Part shown: in pieces, positions 61,421-64,000 of the stretch
Layout of the letters: the number at the start of each line of letters is the position of its first letter
How positions within the stretch are numbered: position 1 is the stretch's first letter
Origin: Camelus dromedarius
Taxonomy: Eukaryota
Direction of reading: 5' to 3'
Length of the DNA stretch: 64,000 nt
Assembly (NCBI RefSeq): GCF_036321535.1
Contig: NC_087472.1
Coordinates: 92,754,001 to 92,818,000 of the forward strand
Made by a program: the position numbers and the translations under genes
The notes under the pieces: model-generated
What the model was told of the DNA's origin: nothing
Database searches by the model: none
Seen by the model: only the letters and a program-made list of their open reading frames with translations

Positions 61421-63137
61421 TATGTGCTTTGTTAAAACAGCTGACAGTTAAAAGAATAAATTCAAAATTAGCATGCCTTACTTTAAAATAAATCAGTCCT
61501 TGCCTTCAGTATTTAGAGTATCAAACAAAACGAATTATTCATTATGCTACTTTAGTTCATTAAATATTCTACTAAAGCAAGCCCACCTTATCTTCAAAAA
61601 TAATTACCCTTTTGGAGTCATTTACAAGTGAAAAGGATACCCCAGTGTTGTGCTCTAAATGTTAAGATCCTACTATCGGCCCTGCAGAGAATTTTACAGA
61701 AGGGCAAACTAAGCTTAAAAACTAGAGAGAGCGGCTATCGGATGCTACTTTAGAGTGAACCAATTTGTGCAAGGATTTTCATAATGTGATTCATATGCAC
61801 ATGGCTGAAGCATCAGTAGTTTGTACTGGCAAATAATTACCTTTCTAAAGTTCATTAAATTTCTAGGAAAAAGTAATAGTGGAATCAAAATTGACTTTGA
61901 AAATTAAATTATCCTGAAATTTTCAGCACATTAGAAGTATCTTGATGGACATGAGGTAAATTTAGGTACATTAACACAACACATTAAAGAGTAAATCTTT
62001 TCCAGATTTTTAAAATCATTCTAGCATAACACCCTAAGATGCTTGAGTATTTCTGAGAATCTGATCCTGATAAAAAAATCAATCAGCTTTGTTGGTATCT
62101 TGGTTCTAGGCTCCCAGATGAAAAGAGATTAGCGATTTTATTTTCCACTTATTTGAAGAAGTAAAGTTGTGATTTATTGGCCATCTCACTGCTGTTTCAG
62201 AAAGAGGAAATGTGGCTGGCAACTCTTATATCTGTTAATTATATTAACTAGTTCTTTTTCTTCCTATTAGGTAGATATTTTTCAAACTAACTTTAGAGAG
62301 CTTTTACCAAAAATAGGAAAGGATGGAGTGAAATGTGCTTTTCCATACCCTCTAGTAGGAATATAAACTGGTATAAATTATCTGATCACAATAATTTAGC
62401 AATCTAGCAGAGTTGCATCTTACTTGGGGGGTAGGCTTCAAAGTTTGGTACAGATGGGGAAAATCAGACCTACTCAAAATTATCCTTGAGAAATCACTTA
62501 AATTATTTTTAAAGATACAGTATACAGACTTGATAAGTAGAAATCAGCCAGGTTTTCCTCTAGTGTTGAACAGATTGCTGTTTCTTTTGGTGGAGTACTA
62601 GATGAAGCAGTTGGCATGTGTTTAGAATCCATGTTGTACAGAAAAAGAAAATCTAACTTTAATCACTAGAATGAAACTCAGCTAGGCATAATCTCACACT
62701 AACGAGAGGCATGCCAACAAGGAGAACTGAGATAACATAGGACTGCAAGATCCTAGCTCATGCTCCTCCCTTCCAAGACTAAAGACTTACAGGTAAGTGC
62801 AGCCCAGCTACTGAACTTAGTTGTCTCATTCTTTTTACCTCTTGCTCATTCGTTCTCTTCTATTGCTTTCTTGTTTCTCTTGTCTCTATTTCTGATTAGA
62901 TATAGCTGAATTTCTAGAAGTTAAGGGCATGAAAGATGAGGTTCCAATCTATGTCTTAAAAGCCTTAAGGATGTACATGTGATTAGACAAAATCACTTCA
63001 ATTCTAGTAAATTATTCCTGAAAGACAAAACCAATAAAAATTTCAACAAAGCTTCACACACAAGGACCATCATCATAAATTATAAGATCAAACATTTGAA
63101 AATTTTAAATGTCTATCAATGTAGAAAAGACTAAATG

Positions 63138-63890
63138 AGAGATGCCAAGATGGTGGAGTAGAGAGACTCACAGCTCGCCCTCTCCCACAAATACACCAAG
63201 AATTACAACTACAAACCCACTGAATTGCACAGAACACCTACTGAACTCTGGCAGAGTATCTCTCACTTTGAAATACAGGAGGATTCTCAAAAAATCTGGT
63301 AAGAGGGAAAAAGAAAAAATAAAATCAGTGCAGGACCAGTTTGGCAGAGAGGGAGTGGCAAAGGAAGAAAGGCATCCTCAGGCTGGGATGCCCCCTTCAG
63401 CCAGAAGGTCAGCAGGGACAGAAGCAGAGTTTCCGAGGCTCGAGGAGAAAGTGGCAGCCGCTTGGAAGACAGACTAACAGAAACTGACACAGAGAGTCCC
63501 TGTGATCCCTGGCGCTAGACGCGAGGTGGCAGGGACAGGCCATAACTGGTTGCTGGAGATCAGTGAGGAGCCCAGGGAGAGGGCTGGGGCCCACTGTGCA
63601 GAGGCAGCCTCAGAGGACTGGAGGGCGGTATGAGCTCTGGCTGGAGGGGTGTGCAGAACAGAACAGCCTGGGACCCCCATAAAAAAGCACCACTGTTGGT
63701 GTGCATGGTGGGGGAAGGGGCACAACGCAGCTGTGCCATAGCCACTTTCTGCGCTTGGCTCCATTGTTGGTGTGTTCTCGTGAGAAGAGAGGTGGGGCTG
63801 AAAGCTGAATCCATACCCAAGGGTCCTGCAATTTCACAGGCGGGACTGAGATTTGTTTACAGCCCCAGTCAGAGAGGGTGGATTTGCTTG
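63138..63890 (+). mobile_element. Artiodactyl-type LINE-1 5'UTR (internal promoter region)
   Basis: ccaagatggtggagtag (YY1-like) then tctcccacaaatacacca...cacagaacacctactgaac; abrupt rise in GC content. Confidence 0.85.
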
Positions 63891-64000
63891 AAATCTATAC
63901 AGCAACACATCTTTTTGTGACCAGTCTCTGATGAATACCGCATTATTATAGAACTGAAGATGTAAAATAAGAGGATGAGCTAGGGAAGAATATGTGCTTA

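Larger units (their letters stand above)
37425..64000 (-). other. IL1RAPL1: IL1RAPL1 intron upstream of the first coding exon (partial)
   Basis: Precedes the AG acceptor; no CpG-island promoter or first exon seen in the window. Confidence 0.85.

Noticed and set aside
63142..63920. Many overlapping ORFs in GC-rich sequence; possible CpG-island promoter
   Set aside because: Explained by the L1 5'UTR; stops are scarce in GC-rich DNA and CpGs are too few for an island.
1..64000. Canonical recursive splice site (polypyrimidine-AG|GTRAG), and CRISPR, tRNA, rRNA or prokaryote-type systems
   Set aside because: AG|GTAAG hits near 40097 and 56291 lack a polypyrimidine tract. No arrays, structural RNA genes or operons were seen; this is mammalian intronic DNA.

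Overview
AT-rich, CpG-depleted eutherian genomic DNA dense in repeats, lying entirely within the large X-linked neuronal gene IL1RAPL1, which is transcribed on the minus strand. The only supported coding sequence is the first coding exon (37424-37319): 24 nt of 5'UTR plus 82 nt of CDS encoding [27 protein letters not shown], with canonical AG/GT sites. Positions above 37424 are the upstream intron and positions below 37319 are the downstream intron. The rest is ancient mammalian repeats (L1M/L1ME, L2, MIR, MLT1 and ERVL LTRs, MER58/MER20/MER5/MER91, Tigger) plus younger cetartiodactyl-type L1 pieces. The L1 3' ends and an internally deleted Tigger1 suggest an artiodactyl, probably a camelid (inference from recalled consensus sequences). 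The supplied ORFs are repeat-derived or chance. I see no convincing new biological system. The best leads are modest: candidate cryptic or alternative exons (including one giving a 45-aa secreted isoform), an L1 5'UTR that could act as an alternative promoter, a strong CTCF motif, complete antisense orientation of all LTRs, and a nested insertion with a probable L1 3' transduction. Repeat family names and boundaries are by eye and approximate.
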